A DNA stretch of 64,000 bases from Octopus sinensis (lineage: Eukaryota), in NCBI RefSeq assembly GCF_006345805.1, contig NC_043016.1, positions 8,494,001-8,558,000 on the forward strand, given 5' to 3'. The notes beneath the pieces are model-generated. The model did not search any database, had not been told where the DNA came from, and saw only the letters and a list, made by a program, of their open reading frames with translations. Positions 37,748 to 51,488 of this stretch are shown here, one piece after another (position 1 is the first letter of the stretch; the number at the start of each line of letters is the position of its first letter). The translations under genes were made by a program, and so were the position numbers.

Positions 37748-37792
<45 letters not shown>

Positions 37793-40175
37793 ATATATAT
37801 ATATATTATATATGTACACAAACACTTTTCCCCTTGTGATGTGGTATGCGTGTGTAACAGAAGAATATTTATGCTTCTAACACATTTCACACATTGGATA
37901 ATTAGATTGTTCAGAAAACAATGAGTTACACTTTGTTACCAAATCAATATGATATCAATGACACTACAAATCAGAAGTGAGCAGCAACTATAGTGGAGGC
38001 GCAATGGCTCAGTGGTTAGGGCAGCAGACTCGCAGTCGGAGGATCATGGTTTCGATTCCCAGGCCGGGCGTTGTGTGTGTTTATTGAGCGAAAACACCTA
38101 AAACTCCACAAGGCTCTGGCAGGAGGTGGTGGCGACCTCTGTTGTACTCTTTTGCCCCAACTTTCTCTCACTCTTTCTTCCTGTATCTTGTCCCTGACTT
38201 CCTACACAACCGCTGAGCCTGGATGCGCATTCATCCATCCGTCAATGCTCTCAGTGTTGGGGGTTGACCTGCTTTCTCTTCTGCGGGTCTTACGAATAGC
38301 AAAGGACCATGTTTTGGACTTCTCCCATCTTGCGAGCTCTGGGACAAAGACCGTTCACTCAACAGCAGCAACTGTATGAGTTTTAAGGGAAAAATACATA
38401 AAATATTCACGCTAAAGTTGACTTTACACATCATTATTATGATACTTGTTTAGTGTCAAAGTTTACACAAATCTAACTCAATAGGCTCCACAAAATATTT
38501 CTCCAAGATTCACTCAGTGATAGACAAACAAACAGACAGACAGACAGACAAATTTTGCCGAGGTCGACTTTGCCTTTCATCCTTTCGGGGTCGATAAATT
38601 AAGTACCAGTTACGCACTGGGGTCCATGTAATTGACTTAATCCCTTTGTTTGTCCTTGTTTGTCCCCTTTGTGTTTAGCCCCTTGTGGGTAGTAAAGAAA
38701 TATATATATATATATATATATAAAACTAACCCCAGCGTACAGGGTGAATAAAAATAATGGCAGAGCTAACAGTTCAAAGGTGTTCTTTGCAAAACTTGGT
38801 CAAATTTATAAGTGGTAATAAAGCAACAGTGTACAATTATTTAAAATTTTAAACAAATGAAAAGTATGAAAAATTCTTGATTCTGTAATTTGATTATTTG
38901 ACTATTTGTGCATAATGTATACAAGCAGCCCTCAAAAAAACTTTCTGTGATTAAAGTGGCCTGCAATATAATTTGAGTTGTCCAGGTTTGATCTAGATCC
39001 AACTCCATTTGTCTCAAGCTTGTAATTATTTCTGGATCAAAACAGAGAGGGTGACATTGTACAACTGGTTTCTCTTAAATCAGAATCACACACAAGTCAT
39101 GATATCTACAGGATGCCACAGTTACCTTTGTCTTCTTCCTTCTACTTGTTTCAGTCATTTGACTATGGCCATGCTGGAGCACTGCCTTGAAGGGTTTTAG
39201 TACTCATTCTATCAGTCTCTTTTGTTGAACTGCTATGGTAATGGTGCCGTAAACACACCAACAACAGCTGTCAAGTGGTAGTGGGAGACAAGCACAGGCA
39301 CAGACACACACACACATAAACAATGGGCTTCTTACAGTTTCCATCTACCAAATCTACTCGCAAGGCTATGGTCAGTCTGAGGTTATAGTAGAAGACAGTT
39401 GCCCAAGATACCATGCAGTGGAACTGAACCCAGAATGATGTAGTTAGGAAGCAAGCTTCTTACCACAAAGCCACATACACATGTATGCACACAGACATAT
39501 ATGATGGGCAGTGGAGGCGCAATGGCCCAGTGGTTAGGGCAGTGGACTCGTGGTCGTAGGATCGCGGTTTTGATTCCCAGACCGGGCGTTGTGAGTGTTT
39601 ATTGAGCAAAAACACCTAAAGCTCTACGAGGCTCCGGCAGGGGATGGTGGTGATCCCTGCTGTACTCTTTCACCACAACTTTCTCTCACTCTTGCTTCCT
39701 GTTTCTGTTGAACCTGTATTTCAAAGGGCCAGCCTTGTCACTCTGTGTCACGCTGAATATCCCTGAGAACTACATTAAGGGTACACATGTCTGTGGAGTG
39801 CTCAGCCACTTACACATTAATTTCACAAGCAGGCTGTTCCGTTGATCGGATCAACCGGAACCCTCGTCATCGTAACCGACGGAGTGCTTCCATATGATGG
39901 GCTTCTTTTCAGTTTCTGTTGTCTGAATTCACTCACAAGGCTTTGTTTGGCCTGAGGTCAAAGTAGAAGACACTTGCCCAAGGTACCAAGCAGTAGGATA
40001 ATATTTTTTTTTTATATATGCATGGGCAAGCAACATAGAAAAACAAGTAACTTATATTAGAATTGTCATCTGACAAAATGAGTTGCTTTAAAAGAAAGAG
40101 AGGAACTTGGCATGGAAGTGGAACAGTGCTTTTGTGAAGCACTACTTTACTTCTCTGTTAGATGAAACAAAATAA

Positions 40176-40560
40176 TGTGTGGTAAGTAGCTTGCTAACCA
40201 ACCACATGGTTCCGGGTTCAGTCCCACTGCGTGGCATCTTGGGCAAGTGTCTTCTGCTATAGCCCCGGGCCGACCAATGCCTTGTGAGTGGATTTGGTAG
40301 ACGGAAACTGAAAGAAGCCTGTCGTATATATGTATATATGTATGTATGTGTGTGTGTCTGTGTTTGTCCCCCTAGCATTGCTTGACAACCGATGCTGATG
40401 TGTTTACGTCCCCGTCACTTAGCGGTTCGGCAAAAGAGACCGATAGAATAAGTACTGGGCTTACAAAGAATAAGTCCCGGGGTCGATTTACTCGACTAAA
40501 GGCGGTGCTCCAGCATGGCCGCAGTCAAATGATTGAAACAAGTAAAAGAGTAAAGAGTAA
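40176..40560 (+). mobile_element. SINE family 1 (tRNA-like head, GAGTAAAA tail). Other copies: 21947-22335(+), 42739-43130(+), 61824-62232(+), 20104-20478(-), 39140-39480(-), 51205-51650(-), 58940-59362(-)
   Basis: Recurrent about 380-bp sequence gtggtaagtagcttgc..ggttccgggttcagtcccactgcgtggc..ctcgactaaaggcggtgctccagcatggcc..gagtaaaagagt. Confidence 0.9.
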
Positions 40561-40563
40561 TAC

Positions 40564-40647
40564 CTGCTTCAGCTCTTCTTCTATTTTCCCACGAGATATT
40601 TCATCAAGGCTCTGCTTTCTGAGAAGCTTGATATCTGAATCAGGCTG
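40564..40647 (-). CDS. STIM: STIM exon: CC1 distal part (QPDSDIKLLRKQSLDEISRGKIEEELKQ)
   Basis: Not in the ORF track. Acceptor tttcttttcag|CAG (tandem CAGCAG), donor CAG|gtatta; 84 nt, phase 0/0. Ends in EEELKQ like STIM1 EEELEQ and joins in frame to the next exon. Confidence 0.88.
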
Positions 40648-41644
40648 CTGAAAAGAAATTTTAAAAAAGAATATAGTAAAATAATATTTTAAAAATGTAG
40701 AAAAAAACTGAAATTAGCAAAAAAAAAAAAAAAAAAAAACTCTATACAAAGCAGAGATGAGGAAACATGATAAAAACATAGAGATATGGGGAAACTATGT
40801 TCACAAAAATTGCCAAAAACATTGAAATTGAAATGAAAGAAGAAAAGGAAAAGATAACAAAGAGGATATGAAAAGAAAAATATGCAAATGATTTTTATTA
40901 TTGAGTTATTTCATTTATCTTCAATGTATTCCTGACATTTATAAGAAACTGATAACATTCATCAATGTAATAGTAATAATGGTCATCATCATTATTTTTT
41001 AAAGGAAATGGAAGAAGGAAATGAAAATAAATATAAAACGCAATCTGTAACAACAAAGTAAATATATATATATGTGTGTGTGTGTGTGTGTATAAAAAAT
41101 ATATATAAAAATACAAAATGGGACAAGAACGCAAAACATTCAAATAGACAACACAAAAAAATGGATGGGTCATTCGAAGCCTCTAATCTTCAGTCAAGAA
41201 CCGGATCATCCTCGAAATTTCGGTTGATATATATATATAGTGGTACAAATTAAATTTATAAAAGCCAAAAAATTTATTGATCTTATGGGTGAATGTGTGT
41301 GTGTGTGCCTGTGTGTGTGCGTAAATCATCATTATCATCATTATTTAAAGTCCTCCTTTTCCATGCTGGACCATTTGATAAAGATCTGATGAATCCAAAG
41401 CCTGCATTATGCTCTAGTGACTGCTTTCGCATGATTTCTATGGCTGGATGTCCTTTTGTTATGCGAACCATTTTATAGCATATAGTGTGTGTTTTTTTTC
41501 TGTGCTGCCAGTGCTAGAGAGATCGCCATACAGCTCAAAGGTAACTCCAAAGAAGAGGAGTGCTGCATCATTCTGTTAGATGGTGGGTTAAAGTATGAAG
41601 GAAAAGGTTGAAGTGGAGCAGGTACTTGTTGTAGAGGAGTTACA

Positions 41645-42053
41645 TACTCTTTACTCTTTTACTTGTTTCAGTCATCTGACCACGGCCATGATGGAGCACC
41701 GCCTTTTAATCGAGCAACTCGACCCCGGGACTTATTCTTTTTGTAAGCCCAGTACTTATTCCATCGGTCTCTTTTGCTAAACCACTAAGTGACGGGGACA
41801 TAAACACACCAGCATCGGTTGTCAAGCAATGCTAGGGGGACAAACACAGACACACAAACACACACACGCATATATATATATATATACGACGGGCTTCTTT
41901 CAGTTTCCATCTACCAAATCCACTCACAAGGCTTTGGTTGGCTCAAGGCTATAGTAGAAAACACTTGCCCAAGGTACCACGCAGTGGGACTGAACCCGTA
42001 ACCATGTGGTTGGTAAACAAGCTACTTACCACACAGCCACTCCTGCGCCTATA
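41645..42053 (-). mobile_element. SINE family 1, inverted relative to 40176-40560
   Basis: Reverse complement of the family-1 consensus. Confidence 0.9.
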
Positions 42054-44453
42054 TGGTTACTTACATTTAGGAAAGACAAAGTAAGAATAAATTAAAAGAG
42101 TCAGACAATGGTGATGAGGTGTTTTGGTGTCACCTCAGGTAGGAGGAGCAACAGTGGGTGCGGGTTTGCAAAAGTGTGGAGGGGGCAGAGATGTGAGGTG
42201 AGTGGGGGAGAAGCAACATCTGTAAAATCTGGGGAGGGTTGAGGAGAGGGCGTGCATGAGTTGGGGAAGCTAAAGGGATGCTGACAGCAGGATAGTAATA
42301 TGATGATAGATATAACAGAGAAAGATGCTCATGGCAGCAGCCTTGTAAGCTGTTCAAATCATTACAACAGCTGCATCCTATAGAGGTGAGCTACTGCCAT
42401 CTCTAGCAAACGAGGTGTCCAGTACTGAAGAGAGGCAGAAATAGCATGAAACCAGACTGATATGCTGGTCCCATTGCTAGAAAGTGGTAGCAGATTGTTC
42501 CCTTGCTCACAATATCTTAGATACAGCTGTGCATTGTTAACCAGCTGGCAATGTCCACTTGGAGTTAAAAATTCACAGTAAAAGTCCGTTCAAATGGAAA
42601 CAGCCTTGTTGAAGTGGCTACAAACATTACTTGCTAGTATAACAACTGCGATTATCTCTAAGAGGGATTTTAGAACTGGATTTTTTGCTTGTTGCAAAAT
42701 CAACAACAGTATCACTTGAATTTATATATATTTATATATAAGGTGTAGGAGTGGGTGTGTGGTAAGTAGCTTGCTTACCAACCACATGGTTCTGGGTTCA
42801 GTCCCACTGCATGGCACCTTGGGCAAGTGTTTTCTACCATAGCCTTGGGCTGACCAAAGCCTTGTGAGTGGATTTGGTAGACGGAAACTAAAAGAAGCCC
42901 ATCGTATATATGCACGTGTGTGTGTGTGTGTTTGTCCCCCCAACATCGCTTGACAACTAATGCTGGTGTGTTTACATCCCCGTAACTTAGCAGTTCAGCA
43001 AAAAGGACTGATAGAATAAGTACTAGGCTTACAAAGAATAAGTCCTGGGGTCGATTTGCTCGACTAAAGGCGGTGCTCCAGCATGGCCACAATCACATGA
43101 CTGAAACAAGTAAAAGAGTAAGAGTAAAGAGTATTGCAAGTAGAGGTGAGCTACTGCCATCTCTAGTAGATAAGGTGTCTAGTATTGAAGGGCAGGCAGA
43201 AATAGCCCAAAACCAGGCTGGTCTGTTGGTCCTGTCATTAAAAGGTGGTAGAAGTTTGCTCCCTGTGCTAGCAACATCTTAGATACAGCCGTGCATTGTT
43301 AACCAGCTGGAGATGTCCTCTTGGAGTTAAAAATTCACAGTAAATCATCATCATCATCATCATCATCATTTAGCGTCCGCTTTCCATGCTAGCATGGGTT
43401 GGATGGTTCAACTGGGGTCTGGGAGGCCAGAAGGCTGCACAAGACTCCAATCTGATCTGGCAATGTTTCTACGGCTGGATGCCCTTCCTAACGCCAACCA
43501 CTCCGTGAGTGTAGTGGGTGCTTTTTACGTGCCAGACGGGGCTGGCAAACAGCCATACTTTAAAAGAAGCCCATCGTATATATGGAAACAGCAACGTTGA
43601 AGTGGCTACAAACATTACTTGCTAGTATAACTACTGCAATCATCTCTAAGAGAGATTTTAGAACTGGATTTTTAGCTTTTGTGTGTGTGTGTGCATAGAG
43701 TGTTAAATACATCTGGTAGAGTTTCTTCACTTATAGCTAGTCACTCATTCCATTACTGCTTTTGAGTTTCTACTTTTGTGCATTCATTCAGGTCGCAATT
43801 TTCTTGTCACTTCAATCATCATCATCATCATCATCATCATTTTTTTAATGTCCACTTTCCATGCTGGCATGAGTTGGATGGTGTGAACAAAGCTGGTAAG
43901 CTGGGGGGGAGCTGCACCAGACTCCAGTCTGTTTTTGGCAGGAGTTCCTATGGCTGGATGCCCCACTTCCTAATACCAATCATTTTACAGAGTGCACTGG
44001 GTGCTTTTACATGACACCACATGGGTGCTTTTACATGTCACTGCACAGGTGCTTTTTACATGTTCCACATGGGTGATTCATGTGTCACCACACAGGTTGA
44101 ATGACTAAATAAAACAAGAAATTTGGGGTGTCAGCAGGTTTAAGCAAATTTTATTAACTTTGTGAACTTAATTAATTTTCTATATACAGGCACTTGTATT
44201 GAGGAGGGACTTGCTGTTGACATCTGAACAATACAGGTTATATTGGTAATAATAAATGTGGTGGTTAATGCATGTAACCTGTAAACTGGAAAGAAAAGAC
44301 TAGAAAGACTATGAAGTGGAACAAACATAGAGTATTATCTCATTTTATTTTTCTGTTCCAGTGTTATTCTGATTTCCTCAGTAAAGAGTAGTTTTTTTTT
44401 GTTTTTTAGTATTCACTAGATTAATGAAAGAGTCAGTGATTAAAGTGAGACAG

Positions 44454-44876
44454 TGTCACGTGACAACTTGCTGGGACTGCCTGCTGGAGCCTAGCGGCAG
44501 GTATTTAAAGGGAAAAATTTGACAAGTCAGTCAGCCACCGGCTGACACTCGCTGACGATACATCGAAGAGGCCAGGGAACAGAAGAAAGAAGAAGAAAGA
44601 AGACATGCACGCAACACCAGAACTGAAGACACCTCCGAAAGGGGTGGGGCGCCATGTTAAAACGGTAGATGAGTAGGGGTCGAAACCAGACATGGTTCCT
44701 CCTGAGATGATGTCTTGAGCTAACTGGATCCTATAAAGGAGCTGTTGTGGTAGCAGACCACAAAACACGATTGTAATTCCCCCCATATGAATGGCATCAC
44801 CAAAGAAATAAATCTATAAAAAAGTCAATAAATGTGCAACCCTATATTGGTAGTAAATAATTTCTCCTCCACAACA
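44454..44876 (+). mobile_element. Possible solo LTR
   Basis: GC-richer island starting TG and ending CA, with a TATA-like TATTTAAA near the 5' end and AATAAA motifs near the 3' end. No clean TSD found. Confidence 0.45.
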
Positions 44877-45574
44877 AGTTTGGCTTGTATGGTGAGTTCT
44901 ATGCTGCACTAAGGAAGGCAGAATAAGATAGTAATACACTAACATGTCCAGAGTTATCCCTTACACTTTCAGGAAAACCAGAGAAACAATATATTAACCT
45001 AACAGTCTGTTTTGTTTTTACTGATTCCTATAAATGGTGTCTTTGAACTGGTCTGTTTCTAAACAATACATATTTTGTGAGGGGCTCTAAAGACAGGATA
45101 TTTTTTTCCTCAGCCACGTTTTAAACTACTTATTGATAGACTCACTGGTAATTTAGAGGCAAAGCTGCTTATGTAACAGGTTAAAATAAATACACGTTGT
45201 ATCTTACACATTCTATGCATTTCTTCAAAATGCATAGAATTTTTTTCTCACTAGTTATTAAATATACAACAATCATTGTAGCCATGATTTGCCAAATATC
45301 TACTTTTATGCCATTTACTTCTAGATGACAGAAAGAGCTCTGTTCAAGCTGAATTCATTATGAAGTTCCTGTTATGTCTTCAATTAAGCCTGTTCAAACA
45401 GACTTCAGAATGAATTTGCCCTTCTGTCACCCCTGTTAACTATCTGAGTTATTTGACCTTCTGACATAATATCACTCAGAAGTAACGAGTAGAGTAAATT
45501 TGACAAGATGAATTAATTACATTCGGTAACATTCAGCAGAACTAATTAATTCTACATTTCAGATAATATATATA

Positions 45575-46442
45575 CAGGGTGCGGTGAATAAACTGTCGTC
45601 TAAATTATGCAAAAATGAAAATAACACTGACATCTCATTTTAACTGATGTATTTACCAAAATTACATAAATATATCTTGAAATACTAAAGAGTAAATTTA
45701 TTCAATAAAATCACCCATTGGCTCCAACCATGGCCTCCAGACGACTTCAGAATCTCCTACAACTCTTCTGGACGGTCTCCTTTTTTAAGTTGGTGAATGC
45801 TGCCATAATCCTTGCCTTCAGTCCATCTTTGCTGTTACAAGAAATTTTGTTGGTCTCTCACCCAACCACACCCGACATAATAATGAAGGGGGTTACAGTC
45901 CGGGGAGTTAGGTGGCCAGATGTTAGGAGTAATGTATTCACAGAAATTGTCTGAAAGCCATGACTGGGTTCTCCTGCTTGTGTGGCATGGTGCAGAGTCC
46001 TGTTGCCAGACATAGGGTCTTCCAGCAGCCTACTGACTCAGGGCAGCATTACATCATCCAGGCACTTGATGTAGGCTTCTGTGTTGAGTCTGAAGTTGTG
46101 TGAGAAGATGAATTGAGGCATAACATCACCATCACTAGTGATATGATGTTGACTGGATGTTTGATTTTTATAACTCTTGGTACATGTCCTCAGATTGCGT
46201 TGTCCTCAGAGTGACACCCAAATACTCTGAAATGTTCATATTGGAGCTTCTGGCATGAATGCCAAGCAGTACAGCATGTTGTTTCCAAATTTCTGGCTTG
46301 AGTGAATTGCATCATGGTGCTGTTTTTCTCACAGATGGTGCCCAACTGACCCTACTGTATTGTGTAGTCATCAAAAAATCAAAAACAAACAATGTGCAAA
46401 AGTAAAAATATAAAATGACAACAATTTACCCATCACACTCTG
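45575..46442 (-). mobile_element. Internally deleted Tc1/mariner transposon
   Basis: Minus strand reads YVWQQDSAPCHTSRRTQSWLSDNF..WPPNSPDCNPL.YY. Degenerate TIRs cagggtgcggtgaataaa / tttacccatcacactctg; TA flanks. Confidence 0.88.
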
Positions 46443-46540
46443 TATATATATAGTTAATCCAAACATGAAAACACAACAATGTGAGGATGTGGAACAAGTA
46501 AAGTATTATTGGACGCTCAGGAAAGAAGGAAAGAAGGAGG

Positions 46541-46575
46541 GTTTAATGTTTCGAACGGAGCTCTTCGCCAGAAAC
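46541..46575 (-). ncRNA. Degenerate minimal hammerhead motif in a short Penelope-type terminal remnant (about 46460-46635)
   Basis: GTTT-CTGGCGA-A-GAGC TCC GTTC-GAAAC-ATT-AAAC. Confidence 0.6.
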
Positions 46576-46850
46576 ATAGGAAAAGGAAAGATCCAAAAAT
46601 GGGAAGACGGAGGAAAAAAAAAATCGCCAACAGTACCCACACGCTCAGTCTTTTAACTGAAGCCATGCTGGAGCACTGCCTTCAAGTCAAACAAGTCGAT
46701 CCCAGGACTTACTCTTTGTAAGTCTAGTACTTATTCTATCAGTTTCTATTGCCAAACCACTAAGTTATATGGATGTAAATACTTCAAAACTGGTTGTCAA
46801 GTGGTGATGGGGTGGGGTCAAACACAAAGATACACACACTCATATATATA

Positions 46851-46900
<50 letters not shown>

Positions 46901-46904
<4 letters not shown>

Positions 46905-47230
46905 CACCAAAATTCTTTCCGATACCCCAAGAATAGAACAGCAACAAGTTTTGCAAAACATATTCTGGCAATTGAAAGAGAATGATACCCATCCTTTCAA
47001 TATTAGCTGGACAATTTTGGGAGAAGCACCATCATACAAACATGGAGCTTATAGAAGACCTATGAAAAAAAATCTTTGCCTCTCAGAAAAGTTATTCTTC
47101 CTGTTCCATGATAAATATGCATTGAACCACAGACATGAACTTTTAAATTCTTGCAGGCACACTGCAAGACTTAAAATGTCAATCAAAAAAATACCGTATG
47201 GGTAAAACTTTTGACTTTCAGAAAATTTTG
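46901..47230 (+). mobile_element. Penelope-like GIY-YIG C-terminal fragment
   Basis: Translation ..IFWQLKEND.HPFNISWTILGEAPSYKHG..NLCLSEKLF.LFHDKYALNHRHELLNSCRH resembles the C-terminus of the element at 9407. Confidence 0.85.
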
Positions 47231-48144
47231 ACTTTCATATTTGAATTTTGCTTTACACCTTATATATAGTTATTTTTGTATAACAACGCTAGTACATATT
47301 TCAACTTCACATTTTATATTTTACATCCGACACACACATGTATATACATGTATATACATGTATGTTATACATGTGTAACACACATGTATAAGCACAGACA
47401 GTAGTTTCACAGATAAGTTCATGCCTTGTTTTCTCTCCAAGCATCACACTGTTCATGTCAAATTAATATACTCAGAAAGAATTTATCACTGACTACACAC
47501 ACACACAAACACAACATATATACAAACATACACACACACAAAAAAAAAAGCAACCACCAAAAACTAAACAATTTTGAAAAGAGATACAATATCATTTGAA
47601 GTAAACTAGAACTACATGTGAATATATAAAAAAGACAAATATCTTTAACAAACTGAAGTACTACTATTCTAGAAGAGACCAAAATTTTCATCAACTGCAT
47701 CTGGACTTCCTATTAATGTCAAAAGCATGCTTAGTATTACTGAAAATGTCAAAGATGTGTTTGTAGTAATAAAAATGGAACAAGCTAACTAAATAGCTTG
47801 TTACTCTACCATTGAACATATTACTTCAACCAAACGTGTGGAAGAGTGCAACTTTATACCCACAACTGTGTAAATAAAGTATTTGTTGCATGGAAATCTC
47901 ACATAGAGCATAATAAACATATTGTCAGAAATGGCAACAGTAATAACAACAGAGACTAACTATAGAAAACTAGCTATTATATAAACACTCTTTTCTAATT
48001 CAACAGTCATACATTAATCATTAACCATTTCTAACAAAGGTAATCCCAGAACCTAAAAAGACACCACTAAGTGACCAATGCGCACACAGACACAAAACAT
48101 GTCCTGTTCAACACTATCACATTCACAGTATGTATCCTGTTGAT

Positions 48145-48715
48145 AGGCCGTGAGCTGGCAGAAACGTTAGCATGCCGGGTGAAATGTGTAGCCATATTTC
48201 ATCTGGCATTACGTTCTGAGTTCAAATTCTGCCGAGGTTAACTTTGCCTTTCATCCTTTCGGGGTCGATAGATTAAGTACCAGTTACACACTGGGGTCAA
48301 TGTAATCGACTTAATCCGTTTCTCCCCTCTATGTTTAGCCCCTTGTGGGAAGTAAAGAAATAGGTATTTCGTCTGGCATTACGTTCCGAGTTCAAATTCC
48401 ACCGAGGTCGACTTTGCCTTTCATCCTTTCAGGGTCAATAAATTAAGTACCAGTTACACACTGGGGTCGATGTAATCGACTTAATCCCTTTGTCTGTCCT
48501 TGTTTGTCCCCTCTGTGTTTAGCCCCTTGTGGGTAGTAAAGAAATCATGTTCTGAGTTCAAATTCTGCCGAGGTCGACTTTGCCTTTCATCCTTTCAGGG
48601 TCGAAAAATTAAGTACCAGTTACGCACTGGAGTCAATATAATCGACTTAATCCCTTTGTCTGTCCTTGTTTGTCCCCTCTGTGTTTAGCCCCTTGTGGGT
48701 AGTAAAGAAATAGGT
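48145..48715 (+). mobile_element. SINE family 3, tandem triple (other copies: 51836-52255(-), 59626-59860(-), 62802-63032(+), 54208-54410(+), many fragments)
   Basis: gagctggcagaaacgttagc..gagttcaaattccgccgaggtcgactttgcctttcatcctttcggggtcg..gtagtaaagaaataggt, repeated. Confidence 0.88.
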
Positions 48716-51431
48716 ATGGGACCTTAAATTGGGAGAAAGGTAGCAGCTGATTACTTTCACGCCCAACTGACTCTCTATTTCATCAATCTCCATTGAAAGA
48801 AAGGCATAGATGGCCTTGGTAGAGTTTGAGATCAAAACATGGAAAAAAAAAACAGAACAAATACTGCATGTTTGTTACAGTTTAACTGTGAATGCCGTGA
48901 TGCAATACTGGGCAGCGGAACTCATGGCTTCTGATTTTAAGTGATTGGAAGTGTTATCATGTACATTGTTTAGTCTTGGTATCGAAAATGGACTACAACA
49001 AGTATTCTGCTCAATACCACAGATTTGCTTGCCAGTTGTTTGACCATAACCATGTCCCTTAGAGGCTGACGATATGTACATCTCTGATCACGAGCAGAAA
49101 TAGTGGGGGAGCATCATAGCCATGTGTTGAGAGGAATTTTTTGGGGTTTGGATAATTCACTTCTGGAAACATGGGTGTTTCGTTCATCATCCTTAGAAAA
49201 CCCTATTCAGGAACCTTTTGACCAGAGTGGATGACTCAATCTGAAGAAAATTCTAACTGGGCCCCACCTGCAAGGTCATGTGCTGTTTATCTTGATATGA
49301 CATCACCATGTCACGCACATATGGTTGTGATGCATGTGTCTAGTGTACCCTATTCAGACGTCTAGTCATGATGGGCATACTGAGCTTTGTATATTTGTAC
49401 CTCAGTGTCACTTTGATGGCATGCACTGTTCCCTCACGGACTAAGTCGATTATATCGACCCCAGTGCATAACTGGTACTTATTTAATCGACCCTGGAAGG
49501 ATGAAAGGCAAAGTCGACCTCGGTGGAATTTGAACTCAGAACGTAACAGCAGACAAAATACCACTAAGCATTTCTCCCAGCGTTCTAACGTTTCTGCCAG
49601 CTTGCCGCCCAGGCCACTCATTCTCACTGCCACTACTGAACACCCCCATTATTATCTCTTACTCTCTTTACTACCCTCTCACCACAATCATTCTGTTTCT
49701 ACCATCAAGGTCTCTCTCCCTTTACCCACCCATTCTTCTTCTTTCCTCCATCATCACTGTCTATTCTGTTCACTTTCCTTCTTGTATATTCTTGAATAAA
49801 TGAACACAGCATAGAATAACTGAAGTATTTAATTTTATGGTGTACAAGACATGTCCATTAGCACCAGTGCCAAAATAAAATGCATCCAGAACACTTTCTA
49901 AAGTGATTGGTGAATGAGCAAAGAGGATGTGGGGGTGGGGGGAGGGATACAGAAAAATCTTTTTCATCTTGCCAAGGACATGACAACCTCTCCAATGATG
50001 GTGCTAAGAAGAAAAGCAAACAGTACACTACGTAAAGTGGTTAGTGTAAACTCAGACGTCCAGCTGTAGCAAAACAAAAGCAAGCATTGAAACATGCAAG
50101 TGAGAGACGGTCCTTCATTTTGGTCTAGGCAGACAGTGGCGGCAAAATAAAAAAAAAAAAAGCAAAAAAAAAAAGAACTTACTCAGATCATAATAACCTA
50201 TACAGTTTATGATAGCACGGAAATCAGATATAAAATGATGGTAGCGATGGTGGTGGATAGGATGGTGAGGACAATGATAGTGATGATCATGAAGAGAGTG
50301 ATGATGATGATGGTGGTGGTGGTGGTGATGGTGATGGTGTTGATGATGATGATGACAATGATGAATGCATTTGTAAATTCATTAAACAAAACTTGGCGTA
50401 TTCACAGGTCAATACCTATGGATTTTGGCTTAGGCCTTGAGCACCAGCCAAGCATCAAGTAGCCTTGTTAGAGATAGTATAAGAAAGAAGCCAATCTTAG
50501 CACATAAATATGTTAGACTCCTTGTCAAAAAATAAAAATAAAAACAGAAACAGAAATGCTGCATTGTAATTGGAAGAAATTTCTAGCATGGGAAAGCTAC
50601 CACATAATGGAAATATTTTTCTGCTACAATCATGTCGTTATTGAAAGACAGAAACTCAAAGCCTGAAGAGAGACCGAAAAAAAAAAAAATCTATATTTTA
50701 TTTTAATATATGCTTGGTTAATATGATTTGCAAATATAAATTACTTTATATAATGAATTTTCTTTCTCTATCTCTCTCTTTCATACACACATACACATAT
50801 ATATATATATATATATATATGTAAGATAAGATATATATATATATATATATATATGTCACTGCATCACTGTATTGACTAGATTATTGAATATTGTAAGCTA
50901 TTGTACACTGCTGGTCACAATGAGCTTCCTTGCATTGCAGTAGCTTCCAAATGATGCTACCCCCTTTGGCTAGGTGGGCAGGCCAACATTAACTCTGAAC
51001 AGAATACCAGGCCATCGCAACGTTATCCATCTACAGCTGAGTGGACTGGACCAGAGTTAAATCAAGTGTTTTGTTTTTGTTGTTTTTTTTTGCTTAGAAA
51101 CCCAATGCACAACAGGTGTGGGAATTGAAATCACAATCTTGCAATTATGAGTGCAACACCCTAATCACTAGGAACATGAGCCTTCAATATATATATATAT
51201 ATATTCTTTTATTTGGTTCAGTCATTTGACTGCGGCCATGCTGGAGCACCGCCTTTTAGTCAAGCAAATCAACCCCAGAACTTATTCTTTGTAAGCCTAG
51301 TACTTATTCTATTGGTCTCTTTTTGCCAAACCACTAAGTTACGGGGACATAAACACGCCAGCATTGATTGTCAAGCAATGTTGGGGGGACAAACACAGAC
51401 ACACAAACACCTACACCATGCATATACATAT

Positions 51432-51488
<57 letters not shown>

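Noticed and set aside
37993-38075. tRNA-like sequence with A and B boxes (also at 28690-28775 and 39510-39590)
   Set aside because: It continues into a SINE body and lacks a proper acceptor stem, so it is a SINE head rather than a tRNA gene.
41161-41230. CTGAAGA..CGAAT string on the minus strand
   Set aside because: No GAAA or consistent stems; probably a decayed TE end.
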